Shown here: positions 26,003-35,347 of the stretch, piece by piece
Layout of the letters: every line of letters begins with the position of its first letter
Numbering within the stretch: the first letter of the stretch is position 1
Source: Candidatus Kryptoniota bacterium
GTDB lineage: Bacteria > Bacteroidota > Ignavibacteria > Kryptoniales > JAKASW01
Direction of reading: 5' to 3'
NCBI GenBank assembly: GCA_046706365.1
Contig: JBJKPN010000183.1
Coordinates: 1,818 to 65,817 of the forward strand
DNA: 64,000 nucleotides
Position numbers and translations under genes: made by a program
Notes under the pieces: generated by a model
The model's input: only the letters and a program-made list of their open reading frames with translations
The model's database searches: none
Told to the model about the DNA's origin: nothing

Positions 26003-29000
26003 ATGCTTCGAGATAAAAAAGTACGATCACCGCGGCAAAGTGACCAGGAGGCAGCAGGGGGTGTGGTTTTCCAAACCAATCCGATGCCGGCGTGGATTTC
26101 CGACAGAGAGTCTCTCAGATTCCTGAAGGTCAACCGCGCTGCCATTCGCATGTATGGGTACACGCGGCGCGAATTCCTGAAGATGAAGGTATCCGAATTG
26201 TCGCCTCACGACGATCTCGAACGGTCTGGAGGAGTGCGGTCCCCGGCCGCCGCCTCGGGGTTCCAATTGAAGGGGGAGCAGCGTCATCGCTTGAAAAGCG
26301 GGAAGATTATCAGCGTCGAAGTACACAGCCGGAATATCCAGTTCAAAGGGCGGAAAGCGTTTCTCTCCTTCGTCCGGGACATAACCCAAAAGAAGAAGAC
26401 GGACAAGAAACTTAAGGAATCCCTGGAGTGGCAGAAGGTTATTTTTGAAGGATCCAGGGACGCAATTTTCATCTCGAACGCAGAGTCGAGGTTTATTTCC
26501 GTCAACGAGGCGGCATGTGAACTGACAGGTTACTCCAGACCGGAGCTTCTCAGAATGACAATTCCGGATCTCCACGAGGATGTGGATCTTGAAGCATATA
26601 ATGAGTTCCATAACAAAATCATAAGCGGTGAGCCTGCTCTTACCGAGGCACTTCTCCTTCGTAAAGACGGAAGGAAAATCCCCGTGGAGTTCAACAACAG
26701 GCGGGTGATCCTCTCGGGTGAACCTTATATGCATACGATTGCCCGCGACGTGAGTTTGCGCAAAAAAGTCGAAGAGGAACGGATACTCCATGACCTGATT
26801 TTCAGGAATCTTTCGGAGATTGTCTTGTGTGCGAGACGAGACGACCTGCGAATCATCGAGCTTAACGAGGCCGCGGAGAAAGCATTCGGTTACAGGCGGG
26901 AGGAGCTGCTTTCGATGACACTTTTCGATCTACGTCCTCCGGAAACAAGATCGCAAGTCAATGAGGATGTTGTCAAACGGGGTACCGCCGAGACGACCTA
27001 CGAAACAATCAATATGACAAGGGACGGAAGCCGGTTTCCAGCGGAGGTAAGGCAAAAGGGATTTGTGCTGAACGGAGAAGAAGTGATCCTGGCAATAGGC
27101 CGCGACCTGACCGAAAGGAGACTGGCGGAGGCTGAGTTGCACGCCAGTGAAGAGAGGATGAGGACAATTATTGACGGGACCCCTGATTTGTTTTTCTACA
27201 CTCAGGATACTGATGGCAATAACACTTACGTCTCCCGTGCGGTGGAGAACATCACCGGGTACAAACCCGAACAGTGGCTGGAAAGGAGGGACTGGTTTGT
27301 CACCGATGCTGCTATGAATGGTTATGCCAAATCACTGACAAAAACCCACCTCGCAGGCGACTTCAGCGAGCCGAGGACGCTGGTAGAAATCCGTCATGCC
27401 AAAGGGCATCTCGTTCTGCTTGAGGCGTTTGAGCATCCCGTTACTCACGACGGAAAGCAGGTCGGAGTGCAAGGAGTCGCTCATGATGTAACGGAGCGGA
27501 TGCATGCTGAACAAGCCTTGAGAGAAAGCGAGGGCCGTTTCAGAAAGCTCAGCGAGGCGGCACGCGAAGGCATCGTAATATCTGACAACGGTGTCGTCGT
27601 CGATGGAAACTCCCGCATTGCCTCGATGCTCGGGTACGAGCTTGGCGAGATGCTCGGAAGACCGATTTCAGAGTTCGTTGCCCCGGAGTTCCGCGAGGAG
27701 GTCAGGAAGCGCATCGCTAAACACTCCGAAGGAGGGTTCGAACACTCTCTCCTGAGGAAGGACGGTGCACTGGTACCGGTAAGCTCCTATGCTCGTGTGA
27801 TGTCGTGGCAAGGACGCGAGTTACGCGTCACGGCTCTTCTCGATCTCACGGACCGAAAACGAGCCGAAGCGGAGATAAAGGAGACTGAACTGCGTTACCA
27901 GGAATTGATTGCTTCCATGCCGGTCGGCCACTACAAAAGTACTTCAGACGGGAGGTTTATAGAAGTGAATCCGGCATTCTGTTTTATGGTCGGCTACTCG
28001 GAGGAAGAACTTCTGAACATGAGCATTCCCGAGACTCTCTATTTCCATCCGTCTGAGCGCGAGGGCGAGACACGCTATACGGGATTTTCGCCCGTAACGG
28101 AGGTATACAGACTGAAATGCAAGAGCGGGGCAGCGGTATGGGTGGAAGATTTCGCGAGGTATATTCGCGACGGCAGCGGCAGGATAATGTATCACGAGGG
28201 GCTCTGCCTCGACGTCACGGAACGGAGAATAGCTGCGGATAAGGAATACAGATTATCCAAGGAAACGGAAATAATGAATGAGCTGTCCATGCTTCTGCTC
28301 GGTTCGGGAGAGTCGTACAAAAAAATACCCGAGGTGTGTGTGCAGAGATGTGCTGAGCTGATCGGTGACGCAGCAAGCATCTTCCTGTACCGTGCGGATG
28401 ATCCCAACATGGAATTGGCCGCGGTTTACAACAGGGATGAGAATGCCGTTGAGGCCTTCAAACGGCATTTTAGCGCCTACCCGCTTCGCGCAGACAGAGG
28501 AAGTTGTGGTGAGGTAATAAGTTCCAACCAGCCTAAACTGATTCCTACCGTCGATATGCAGAAGCTGCTGGCGGAAGCCGATGATAGTGAGCGGGAGTAT
28601 TATTCCCGACTTCCTCTTTACAGCGCTGTGTACGCGCCCCTTCGTGATCGGGGCATTTGTATCGGGGTGTTGAGTCTGGCACGTCATAATGCGGAAGGCT
28701 CGAAGTACAATGAACAGGATCTCAGGTTCCTGCAGGACGTCGCAGACAGGGCAGCCATGGCAATCTCGGCTGCGCGGACATACGAGACCCTCCGAAACGA
28801 AGTCGAGCAGCATAAAATTGCGGAAGACCAGCTTCGACTGCAGAGTGTCGCTCTCAATACAGCGGCCAATGGAATTCTGATAACCGATAAAAACGGCCGG
28901 ATCATCTGGGTCAACCATGCATTTGAAACCACCACGGGATATTCATTCACGGAGGCCGTCGGCAAGAATCCGCGCGAGCTGATAAAATCAGGCAAACATG

Positions 29001-30349
29001 ACGCGGAGTTTTACAGGAAGATGTGGAACACGATCTTATCCGGCCAGGTGTGGGAAGGGGAACTGGTTAACAAACGCAAGAACGGGACCTTTTACGACGA
29101 GTACATGACGATAGCTCCGGTTCCCGGCGAAGACGGGACAATCGAGCATTTCATCGGCATCAAGCAGGATATTACCGATCGCAAGCTGCTGCAGGAACAG
29201 TTCATGCAGTCGCAGAAGCTCGAGAGCATCGGACAGCTCGCTGGCGGCGTGGCTCACGACTACAATAATATTCTCAGCGTTATCATCGGCTATGCCGAAC
29301 TCCTGAAAGACAGGCAAAATGTTGCACTAACCGACAAGAGAGCGATAGATTCAATTTTTTCGGCTGCGAACCGGGGTGCCGACCTGACCCGGCAGCTTCT
29401 CGCTTTTGCCCGGAAGGAATTGATTCTGCCGAAAATTGTCGACTTGAACGTCGCTGTCGATTCCATCCGAAAGTTACTACAAAGGCTTATCGGCGAAAAT
29501 ATCGAACTGAAATTCCTCCCGGGGGAGGACATATGGAATATCAAAATAGATCAATCGCAGCTGGATCAGATACTTGTAAATCTGGCAGCTAATGCGAGAG
29601 ACGCCATAAGAGGACCGGGCGCCATTACCATTTCAACGGAGAATGTCTACTGTGATGAAAATTTTGCTGAAAGCCACCCGGACGTCGTCGTCGGCGAGTA
29701 TGTGAAACTGACTTTCGGTGATACGGGAAAAGGCATGGACCCGGCAACTATGGATAGGATCTTCGAACCGTTCTTCACGACAAAGGAAACCGGCAAGGGG
29801 ACCGGGCTCGGGCTGTCGACAGTCTACGGGATCGTGAAGCAGAATGAAGGTCATATCTCAGTCTCAAGCATGCCGGGTGCGGGTACGACATTTGAAATAC
29901 TCTTCCCGAGATCGCATGCTCAATCGGATCGCGATGACCTGCAGCTTTCTCCCGAATCACTTCGCGGATACGGCACGATCCTCGTGGTTGAAGATCAACC
30001 CGACATGCTTGAAATATCCAGGCTGGCACTGGAGAAATGCGGGTATAAAGTTCTGACGGCCTTGGGGCCTGATAAGGGAATTGAATTGGCGAAGGAACAC
30101 TCCGGTATGATTCACCTGCTGCTCACCGACGTGATAATGCCGGTGATGAGCGGGAGGGAACTGGCCGGAAGGATAGCGGTCATAAAGCCCGGGATCAGAA
30201 CGCTCTTCATGTCAGGCTATACCGCGAATGAGCTTGCCCCGGAAGGAATCCTGACAGAAGAAGTGCAGTTCATTCAAAAGCCGTTCACTCAACACTCCCT
30301 TGCCAGGAGAGTCCATGAGATACTGGCCGATAACGTGGAAAGCGAATAG
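26003..30349 (+). CDS. hybrid sensor histidine kinase: multi-PAS/PAC, GAF, PAS, HisKA, HATPase_c, receiver
   Basis: Seven PAC-end D(I/V/L)(T/S)xR(K/R) motifs. H-box 'GGVAHDYNNIL', G-boxes 'DTGKGMD' and 'GKGTGLGLS', receiver 'ILVVEDQP...LTDVIMPVMSG'. Paralog of 13481..17494. Confidence 0.9.
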   Translation: MLRDKKVRSPRQSDQEAAGGVVFQTNPMPAWISDRESLRFLKVNRAAIRMYGYTRREFLKMKVSELSPHDDLERSGGVRSPAAASGFQLKGEQRHRLKSGKIISVEVHSRNIQFKGRKAFLSFVRDITQKKKTDKKLKESLEWQKVIFEGSRDAIFISNAESRFISVNEAACELTGYSRPELLRMTIPDLHEDVDLEAYNEFHNKIISGEPALTEALLLRKDGRKIPVEFNNRRVILSGEPYMHTIARDVSLRKKVEEERILHDLIFRNLSEIVLCARRDDLRIIELNEAAEKAFGYRREELLSMTLFDLRPPETRSQVNEDVVKRGTAETTYETINMTRDGSRFPAEVRQKGFVLNGEEVILAIGRDLTERRLAEAELHASEERMRTIIDGTPDLFFYTQDTDGNNTYVSRAVENITGYKPEQWLERRDWFVTDAAMNGYAKSLTKTHLAGDFSEPRTLVEIRHAKGHLVLLEAFEHPVTHDGKQVGVQGVAHDVTERMHAEQALRESEGRFRKLSEAAREGIVISDNGVVVDGNSRIASMLGYELGEMLGRPISEFVAPEFREEVRKRIAKHSEGGFEHSLLRKDGALVPVSSYARVMSWQGRELRVTALLDLTDRKRAEAEIKETELRYQELIASMPVGHYKSTSDGRFIEVNPAFCFMVGYSEEELLNMSIPETLYFHPSEREGETRYTGFSPVTEVYRLKCKSGAAVWVEDFARYIRDGSGRIMYHEGLCLDVTERRIAADKEYRLSKETEIMNELSMLLLGSGESYKKIPEVCVQRCAELIGDAASIFLYRADDPNMELAAVYNRDENAVEAFKRHFSAYPLRADRGSCGEVISSNQPKLIPTVDMQKLLAEADDSEREYYSRLPLYSAVYAPLRDRGICIGVLSLARHNAEGSKYNEQDLRFLQDVADRAAMAISAARTYETLRNEVEQHKIAEDQLRLQSVALNTAANGILITDKNGRIIWVNHAFETTTGYSFTEAVGKNPRELIKSGKHDAEFYRKMWNTILSGQVWEGELVNKRKNGTFYDEYMTIAPVPGEDGTIEHFIGIKQDITDRKLLQEQFMQSQKLESIGQLAGGVAHDYNNILSVIIGYAELLKDRQNVALTDKRAIDSIFSAANRGADLTRQLLAFARKELILPKIVDLNVAVDSIRKLLQRLIGENIELKFLPGEDIWNIKIDQSQLDQILVNLAANARDAIRGPGAITISTENVYCDENFAESHPDVVVGEYVKLTFGDTGKGMDPATMDRIFEPFFTTKETGKGTGLGLSTVYGIVKQNEGHISVSSMPGAGTTFEILFPRSHAQSDRDDLQLSPESLRGYGTILVVEDQPDMLEISRLALEKCGYKVLTALGPDKGIELAKEHSGMIHLLLTDVIMPVMSGRELAGRIAVIKPGIRTLFMSGYTANELAPEGILTEEVQFIQKPFTQHSLARRVHEILADNVESE

Positions 30350-30499
30350 CGCGAGGAATAGAGAAATCAGGCTTCCCAGCGGTCGAATATTCCCGGCATG
30401 AGGGTAGGCAAACCTCTAGAGCCGGATCTTAGATGAATGTATGATGAAAATTTAGATAATGAATCCACTTGCCTATAGGTAACAAATCCGGATGGATTT

Positions 30500-31624
30500 T
30501 CACCTGACGGCCAGCCTCTTCATCTCCCTCTTCAATTCCCTTCCGCTCGCTTTCAGGAGAAACCAGGCCGGTGATGTCCCACTGAAAGCGCCGGCGATGG
30601 CGTACAGGGTCGGGAAAGAGAAGCGATGTTCGTTTGAGACGGCGTAAATCGGTTCCCAAAGTTGAGGCATGAATTTCGACTTGAAAGAATCGAGGCCGTC
30701 GAAATTGTAGAACCGTGAGCCGAGTATGCGCACGCCGTGGAGAAGGAGGGTGATCCACGCGGGAAGGGGAAGCTGCGAGATTCCCGATCGGACGGAGAGC
30801 GGCGAGAGTCCCAGCGTAACATACTCGGAGCCGGAATCGGCAAGGCTCTTCATGGCTGTATCGAGCATCAGTTCGGCCGTCCCGTTCGGGGCATCGGCTC
30901 CCCGAATTATCTGTTCGATGAGCCAACCCTTGCGCATTGGAACCGGCGACGCGACTATGAATCCGACAGGTTTCCCGCCTCTTTCCGCCACGAAGACGCG
31001 GCGGTCATAAATCCGGTGGAGAGTCTCAGGTTCGACAAGAAAATGCATCGGCGGGAGCCCGCGAGTCTCGAGCCACTCGCCGAGGCAGCGTTCGAGTTCC
31101 TCGCTCCCCGCCGCGTGGTCGGAATTCCAAAGGGATACGGTCACACGCTTGTTTCTTGCCCTTGCGAACTGTGCCCTGAGTGATGCCTTCGTGGATGCGC
31201 GGGATTCCCAGTCTCCGGGATGCCAGACAGGCTGGGATCCGAGTAGGAGCTTTGCCACCGGTCCCAGCTGCTCCATTATCACCGATATTCGTTCCTGTGC
31301 GCCGAAGTAACATACTCTCTTTCCCTCCTGCACCGCATCGCGCCCGAACGCGCTCACTATCCGCGGTAGTTCGGAGAGGTCACAGATGGGCGAGCCCGCC
31401 ACGACGCGGTAATTGTGGGCTTCTACGTATCCTACAACTCCGTCGTGATCTCGCGGGAACCACAGCTTTATTCCGGGATTAAGAATCTGGTATGACATTG
31501 CATTCCAGCCGAATCGCGCTATCAGATCCCTGGCGCGCGGTAAATCATCTAGATAGGAGGGTGCAGACCCCGATGCCGGTGAATCTGATGTCTTTGATCG
31601 ACGATAGTCCGAAGTTTCCACCAC
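30500..31624 (-). CDS. DUF2156 / MprF C-terminal (aminoacyl-phosphatidylglycerol synthase-like) domain protein, stand-alone
   Basis: 'RFGWNAMSYQILNPGIKLWF...GYVEAHNYRVVAGSPIC' resembles the LPG-synthase C-terminal domain. No flippase/TM domain. GTG start. Confidence 0.65.
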   Translation of the reverse strand: MVETSDYRRSKTSDSPASGSAPSYLDDLPRARDLIARFGWNAMSYQILNPGIKLWFPRDHDGVVGYVEAHNYRVVAGSPICDLSELPRIVSAFGRDAVQEGKRVCYFGAQERISVIMEQLGPVAKLLLGSQPVWHPGDWESRASTKASLRAQFARARNKRVTVSLWNSDHAAGSEELERCLGEWLETRGLPPMHFLVEPETLHRIYDRRVFVAERGGKPVGFIVASPVPMRKGWLIEQIIRGADAPNGTAELMLDTAMKSLADSGSEYVTLGLSPLSVRSGISQLPLPAWITLLLHGVRILGSRFYNFDGLDSFKSKFMPQLWEPIYAVSNEHRFSFPTLYAIAGAFSGTSPAWFLLKASGRELKREMKRLAVR

Positions 31625-31669
31625 AGAAGAACAATAGATTCCTCTCAGGAGTTTTGCAAAAAGTGTGGC

Positions 31670-31701
31670 AAAAAAACGGGCAGCCCCGTTCCCGGGGCTG
31701 C
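31670..31701 (-). terminator. rho-independent terminator of the ECF sigma/anti-sigma/secreted-protein operon
   Basis: 9-bp GC-rich stem gcagccccg/cggggctgc (31680-31688 and 31693-31701) with a 4-nt loop. A run of 7 A on the plus strand (31670-31676) gives U7 on the minus strand. Confidence 0.7.
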
Positions 31702-31746
31702 ACTATGCTGGTGTTGCTGTGTATGAGGTGGGATTTTGTTTGTGAA

Positions 31747-32955
31747 TTATTTTAACTGCATTATGATGGCCCTTTGACGGAACGCGTCGTAACTGAGTTC
31801 GTTTCTCGAATATGCATCGGCGTCTCTCTTCTTCACGCTTACCATGACATTCCCGTTCTCCGAACCGATCGTGTTCAGATCCAGCAGCACAATTATAGAC
31901 TCGTCGGCTGGCATAAACCTCAGCGTAGCGCCGTAATTGGCAATCGCGCGAATAGTCAGATTCTCCAGCTCATCGGTTCCGGAGTGGTCTGCAGACGAGC
32001 CCGTCGCTTCTTCGACAAAGTGGGGGTAGCTGCTGAGCCTGCAAACGAAGAATGCTCCAAGCCCTTTCAGGTATACTCCCGTGCTTTGCGGTCCGAAGAC
32101 ATACGCGTCCTTCTCGCTTGACCGGCTCGTGAGTGATTTGTCGAGAATAGTTGCGAGTATTCCGACTGAATCGTGGTGATTCTTCAATTCGCCGAAGCTT
32201 ACAGCGTGTCTGAATGCGTCTTCCGATTCCGACCGGGAACGGAAATCGGATATCTGTTTCCGGGAGACTGTATAGTACCTTGCGGGTGAGCCTTCGCCCG
32301 TCATCACGACGACCGAGACCTGCTGTCCTGGTGTCAGCTTGTTTTCCGCGTCGGCATAACTTGCCAGGAATTTTACGACCTGCTTGTCGATCCTTGCCAG
32401 CTCTTCTTTGGAAAACTGCCGCCCCTCTTCAGCGAATATATTTCCCCGCAGCTCAATTTTCGGAGGGCGAACTCTGACGACCGGCGGGTGGCGCGAAACG
32501 ATCGAGTCGGTGCGCGCGATCAGCGAATCGTATCGTCTCGCTTTCATGTCCATGCGGGCCATTGCAGAATCCCGTCGCGCCATCTGACGATCATAAAGCT
32601 TCATCTTTATGTCCAGGTCCGCCATCGCTGAATCGAATGCGGCCATGGAGGAGTCGAACGCCCTCATGTCGAGGTATTGTGCGGCTTTTGCCATCTTCTC
32701 TCCTGCAAGAACGGGGAATGTGCCGGGGCCGGAATAATCGATGACGAATAGAAGCCCGTACCCCGGGAGATACGATCCGGCTACATCGGCAGACATGCGT
32801 TCTTCCCTCCCACCGGTCAGGAGTTGCTGAAGTATGCCATCCATCACGCCGATGTCCGGGTATGAAGATGGATTTTTCTCCTGTGCCGGAACCGGTGCGG
32901 GTCCCGTGAACAGGAGTGCGCAGACGACAACAGGTATGACTTTTCTTCCAAGCAT
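31747..32955 (-). CDS. secreted protein of unknown function with a central heptad-repeat block
   Basis: AAGGAG RBS 6 nt before ATG 32955. Signal peptide 'MLGRKVIPVVVCALLFTGPAPVPAQ'. Eight consecutive 7-aa repeats 'MRAFDSS MAAFDSA MADLDIK MKLYDRQ MARRDSA MARMDMK ARRYDSL IARTDSI'. Confidence 0.6.
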   Translation of the reverse strand: MLGRKVIPVVVCALLFTGPAPVPAQEKNPSSYPDIGVMDGILQQLLTGGREERMSADVAGSYLPGYGLLFVIDYSGPGTFPVLAGEKMAKAAQYLDMRAFDSSMAAFDSAMADLDIKMKLYDRQMARRDSAMARMDMKARRYDSLIARTDSIVSRHPPVVRVRPPKIELRGNIFAEEGRQFSKEELARIDKQVVKFLASYADAENKLTPGQQVSVVVMTGEGSPARYYTVSRKQISDFRSRSESEDAFRHAVSFGELKNHHDSVGILATILDKSLTSRSSEKDAYVFGPQSTGVYLKGLGAFFVCRLSSYPHFVEEATGSSADHSGTDELENLTIRAIANYGATLRFMPADESIIVLLDLNTIGSENGNVMVSVKKRDADAYSRNELSYDAFRQRAIIMQLK

Positions 32956-32996
32956 TGTGTTCTCCTTATTCATCGTGAGTCGGCTACGGCGGTTCT

Positions 32997-33662
32997 TCAC
33001 CTGACCGAGCTTGCGAGCTTGACGACCCCGTCAAGCGCCGCGGACGATTGGTAATATGCGATCTGATCCTGCTGCTGCAGGCGGTAAATGTGATCCATCA
33101 TGTACGTCAGGTAGCTCCGCTGCTGGCTGTTAAGCTGGCGAGAGAAAGAGGCAAGTTCCGCATGATACAGCTTGGCCTGCCGAGTCTCGCTTGCCGAAAT
33201 CATCTGTGATACGAGGCGCATATCTTCCTGACGGACACTGTCCACTATTGCGGCAATCCTTGCGGAGTCCGCCGGGACGTACCGGCTTGCCACTGTTCCG
33301 ATGTTTATCGACAGCACTCCGTTCCTGTAATCGATGTGAATGGTGAATAGAAGGCCTACAATGAGAATTACGGCGAATGCCGCGCCGACAATGTCGACAC
33401 CGACTCTTCCGAAACGTCGCTTACGCGCGGGCTTCTTTTCGTCCGGCAGCGAAGGTGCTGGCATGAACGCGAAGCTCGGCGGCCGCCCGTGAGGCGGTAC
33501 TTTCCACCGGCCAAGCGCGAGAAGTACCTGCCGGTACTGTTCCACTTCCGACCTGCACAATTCGCAGGAATCCAGGTGAGCGCTGATGGCTTCCTGCTCG
33601 TTCCCGTTCAGCTCGCCGAGTACGAACGAGACAAGCTCCTCTTTAATGTCTTCACATCGCAT
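32997..33662 (-). CDS. anti-sigma factor (zf-HC2 type, single TM)
   Basis: N-terminal H-x3-C-x2-C 'AHLDSCELC'. One TM helix 'VGVDIVGAAFAVILIVGLLFTI'. Overlaps the upstream sigma gene by 11 nt. Confidence 0.75.
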   Translation of the reverse strand: MRCEDIKEELVSFVLGELNGNEQEAISAHLDSCELCRSEVEQYRQVLLALGRWKVPPHGRPPSFAFMPAPSLPDEKKPARKRRFGRVGVDIVGAAFAVILIVGLLFTIHIDYRNGVLSINIGTVASRYVPADSARIAAIVDSVRQEDMRLVSQMISASETRQAKLYHAELASFSRQLNSQQRSYLTYMMDHIYRLQQQDQIAYYQSSAALDGVVKLASSVR

Positions 33663-34251
33663 TTCTTAAAATCTCCTCGATAAGTCTATTCCTGTTCAAA
33701 GCTTCTTTCATGGTTCGGAGCCCCGAATACATACGCGTCTTGACCGTGTTTACGGGGACGCTGGTTATCTCAGCGATTTCCGTAAACTTCAAATCCTGGT
33801 ACAGCTTCATGACTATAACGATTCTCTGCTCGTCCGGCAGGGCACCGAGCGTCTCCTCGAAAAGGGAGTGCAGTGCAGTGCCGTCGATTTGTCTCTCCAT
33901 GTCCGGAATCTCCGGTTCCGCGAGGTCGGATGTCTCATCCGAGCCGTCCAAATGCATCCGGCCATTCCCGCGGAACCAGTTCTTTCTGTCCCTGATATGG
34001 TCCAGGGCACAGTTGTGTGCGATCCGGTAGAGCCATGTAGCGAACTTATCGTTCTCGTTCAGCCGGTTGAGTCTCGAATATACCGTGATGAAGGTCTTCT
34101 GGCACACGTCCTCCGCCTCCTCGATGTTGCCAAGTGTCCTGTAGAGGAAGCCCAGGATTTTGTCGTACCACATTTTCGTAAGAAGATTGAAGACCATGAG
34201 GTCGCCGGTCTTGAATCTCTCGATAAGTTCCGATTCTGTACTTTCAGGCAT
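33652..34251 (-). CDS. ECF-type RNA polymerase sigma-70 family factor
   Basis: Region 2 'DVCQKTFITVYSRL...WLYRIAHNCALDHIR' and region 4 'LKFTEIAEITSVPVNTVKTRMYSGL'. The start could instead be ATG 34296. Confidence 0.85.
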   Translation of the reverse strand: MPESTESELIERFKTGDLMVFNLLTKMWYDKILGFLYRTLGNIEEAEDVCQKTFITVYSRLNRLNENDKFATWLYRIAHNCALDHIRDRKNWFRGNGRMHLDGSDETSDLAEPEIPDMERQIDGTALHSLFEETLGALPDEQRIVIVMKLYQDLKFTEIAEITSVPVNTVKTRMYSGLRTMKEALNRNRLIEEILRNAM

Positions 34252-34838
34252 GCAATAGTAAGACGAGAGTTTTCCCGAAAAAGTTTTTGAATTCATGCGG
34301 ACTCCCGGCGGGTAGCTCTTCCCGCCGATTATTGTGGTTTAGCGTGATCCCGGCCGATATCGGCAGGGGAGGATCGGGCGCCGCATGGGGTGGTGTCGGA
34401 GAGTAAACCGACTCGTCTCATTATCGGGCGCGCTGCGGAATGTCGAGTTCTAACGGAAAGAATTACAGTGCCATAAGTGATTTTTACCTTCTTGCGGGAG
34501 GATCGGTGACCGGACATTTGACGGTGTCGGGCCCGGAAATAGAGACATATAGCCAACGAGAAATGAAGGGAGGGGAAATCGGGACCAATATCAACCGGCC
34601 CCCTTTCGACCTTTCTCCGTCAAAGGTCCCCCGGCGTAATTCGCTGTCCCTTGACTACTTGCAAGCATGGACACCACAGATGCGCCAAGCTCGTTGGTGT
34701 TGACTGTGGAATTATGCCCACCGTCTTGGATATCGGTTCCTGCCCCGCAGATGTTTTTCCCTTTTCTGTCCGATATAAGGGTAGGACCAATCGTTTCGTG
34801 ACGGCATAGAGGTTGCAATCTATATGTAGCACGTTCAT

Positions 34839-35285
34839 ATGAAAGGACCGGACATGACGACCAAAAATGCAGTGAGAATCAGGATCGAGGACGACGGATC
34901 GATGCTGCGTGGTTTGAATAGAGTCTCGTTCAGCGACCGTATCATGACGGCCAAAGACCGGGCGGCGCTGGTCGCCAATGGGGTGGCAGGGTTATCGGGG
35001 GAGATAAGCCGAAGACCATTTATTCTCCATTGGACGAATCAAAATGAACGCGAAAAAAGAGCGAGAAGGTCGAAGGTTATAGATCTCACCATGTACGTCT
35101 ATGCCGTCGCGGTTATGCTTTACTCCGTGGCATCCAACAGTGTTTCCATATTTCTGCTCGGCATACTAGGATTTGCCATGTATGTCGTCATTTCCCATGT
35201 ATACGAGCAACGCCCCAGGTCCAGGCAGGAAATCGCGGACAAGAATTACGCAGATCTCATTTCACCTACCGTGGAGAAAAACTGA
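34839..35285 (+). CDS. hypothetical protein with two C-terminal TM helices
   Basis: 148-aa ORF with hydrophobic segments 'LTMYVYAVAVMLYSVA' and 'IFLLGILGFAMYVVI'. No recognisable motif. Confidence 0.4.
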   Translation: MKGPDMTTKNAVRIRIEDDGSMLRGLNRVSFSDRIMTAKDRAALVANGVAGLSGEISRRPFILHWTNQNEREKRARRSKVIDLTMYVYAVAVMLYSVASNSVSIFLLGILGFAMYVVISHVYEQRPRSRQEIADKNYADLISPTVEKN

Positions 35286-35347
35286 GGACAGTTCTGAGCA
35301 GCCGATAATCTGCCCGCCTCCTTCTACTCCGTGCCAATCAGGTCGAA

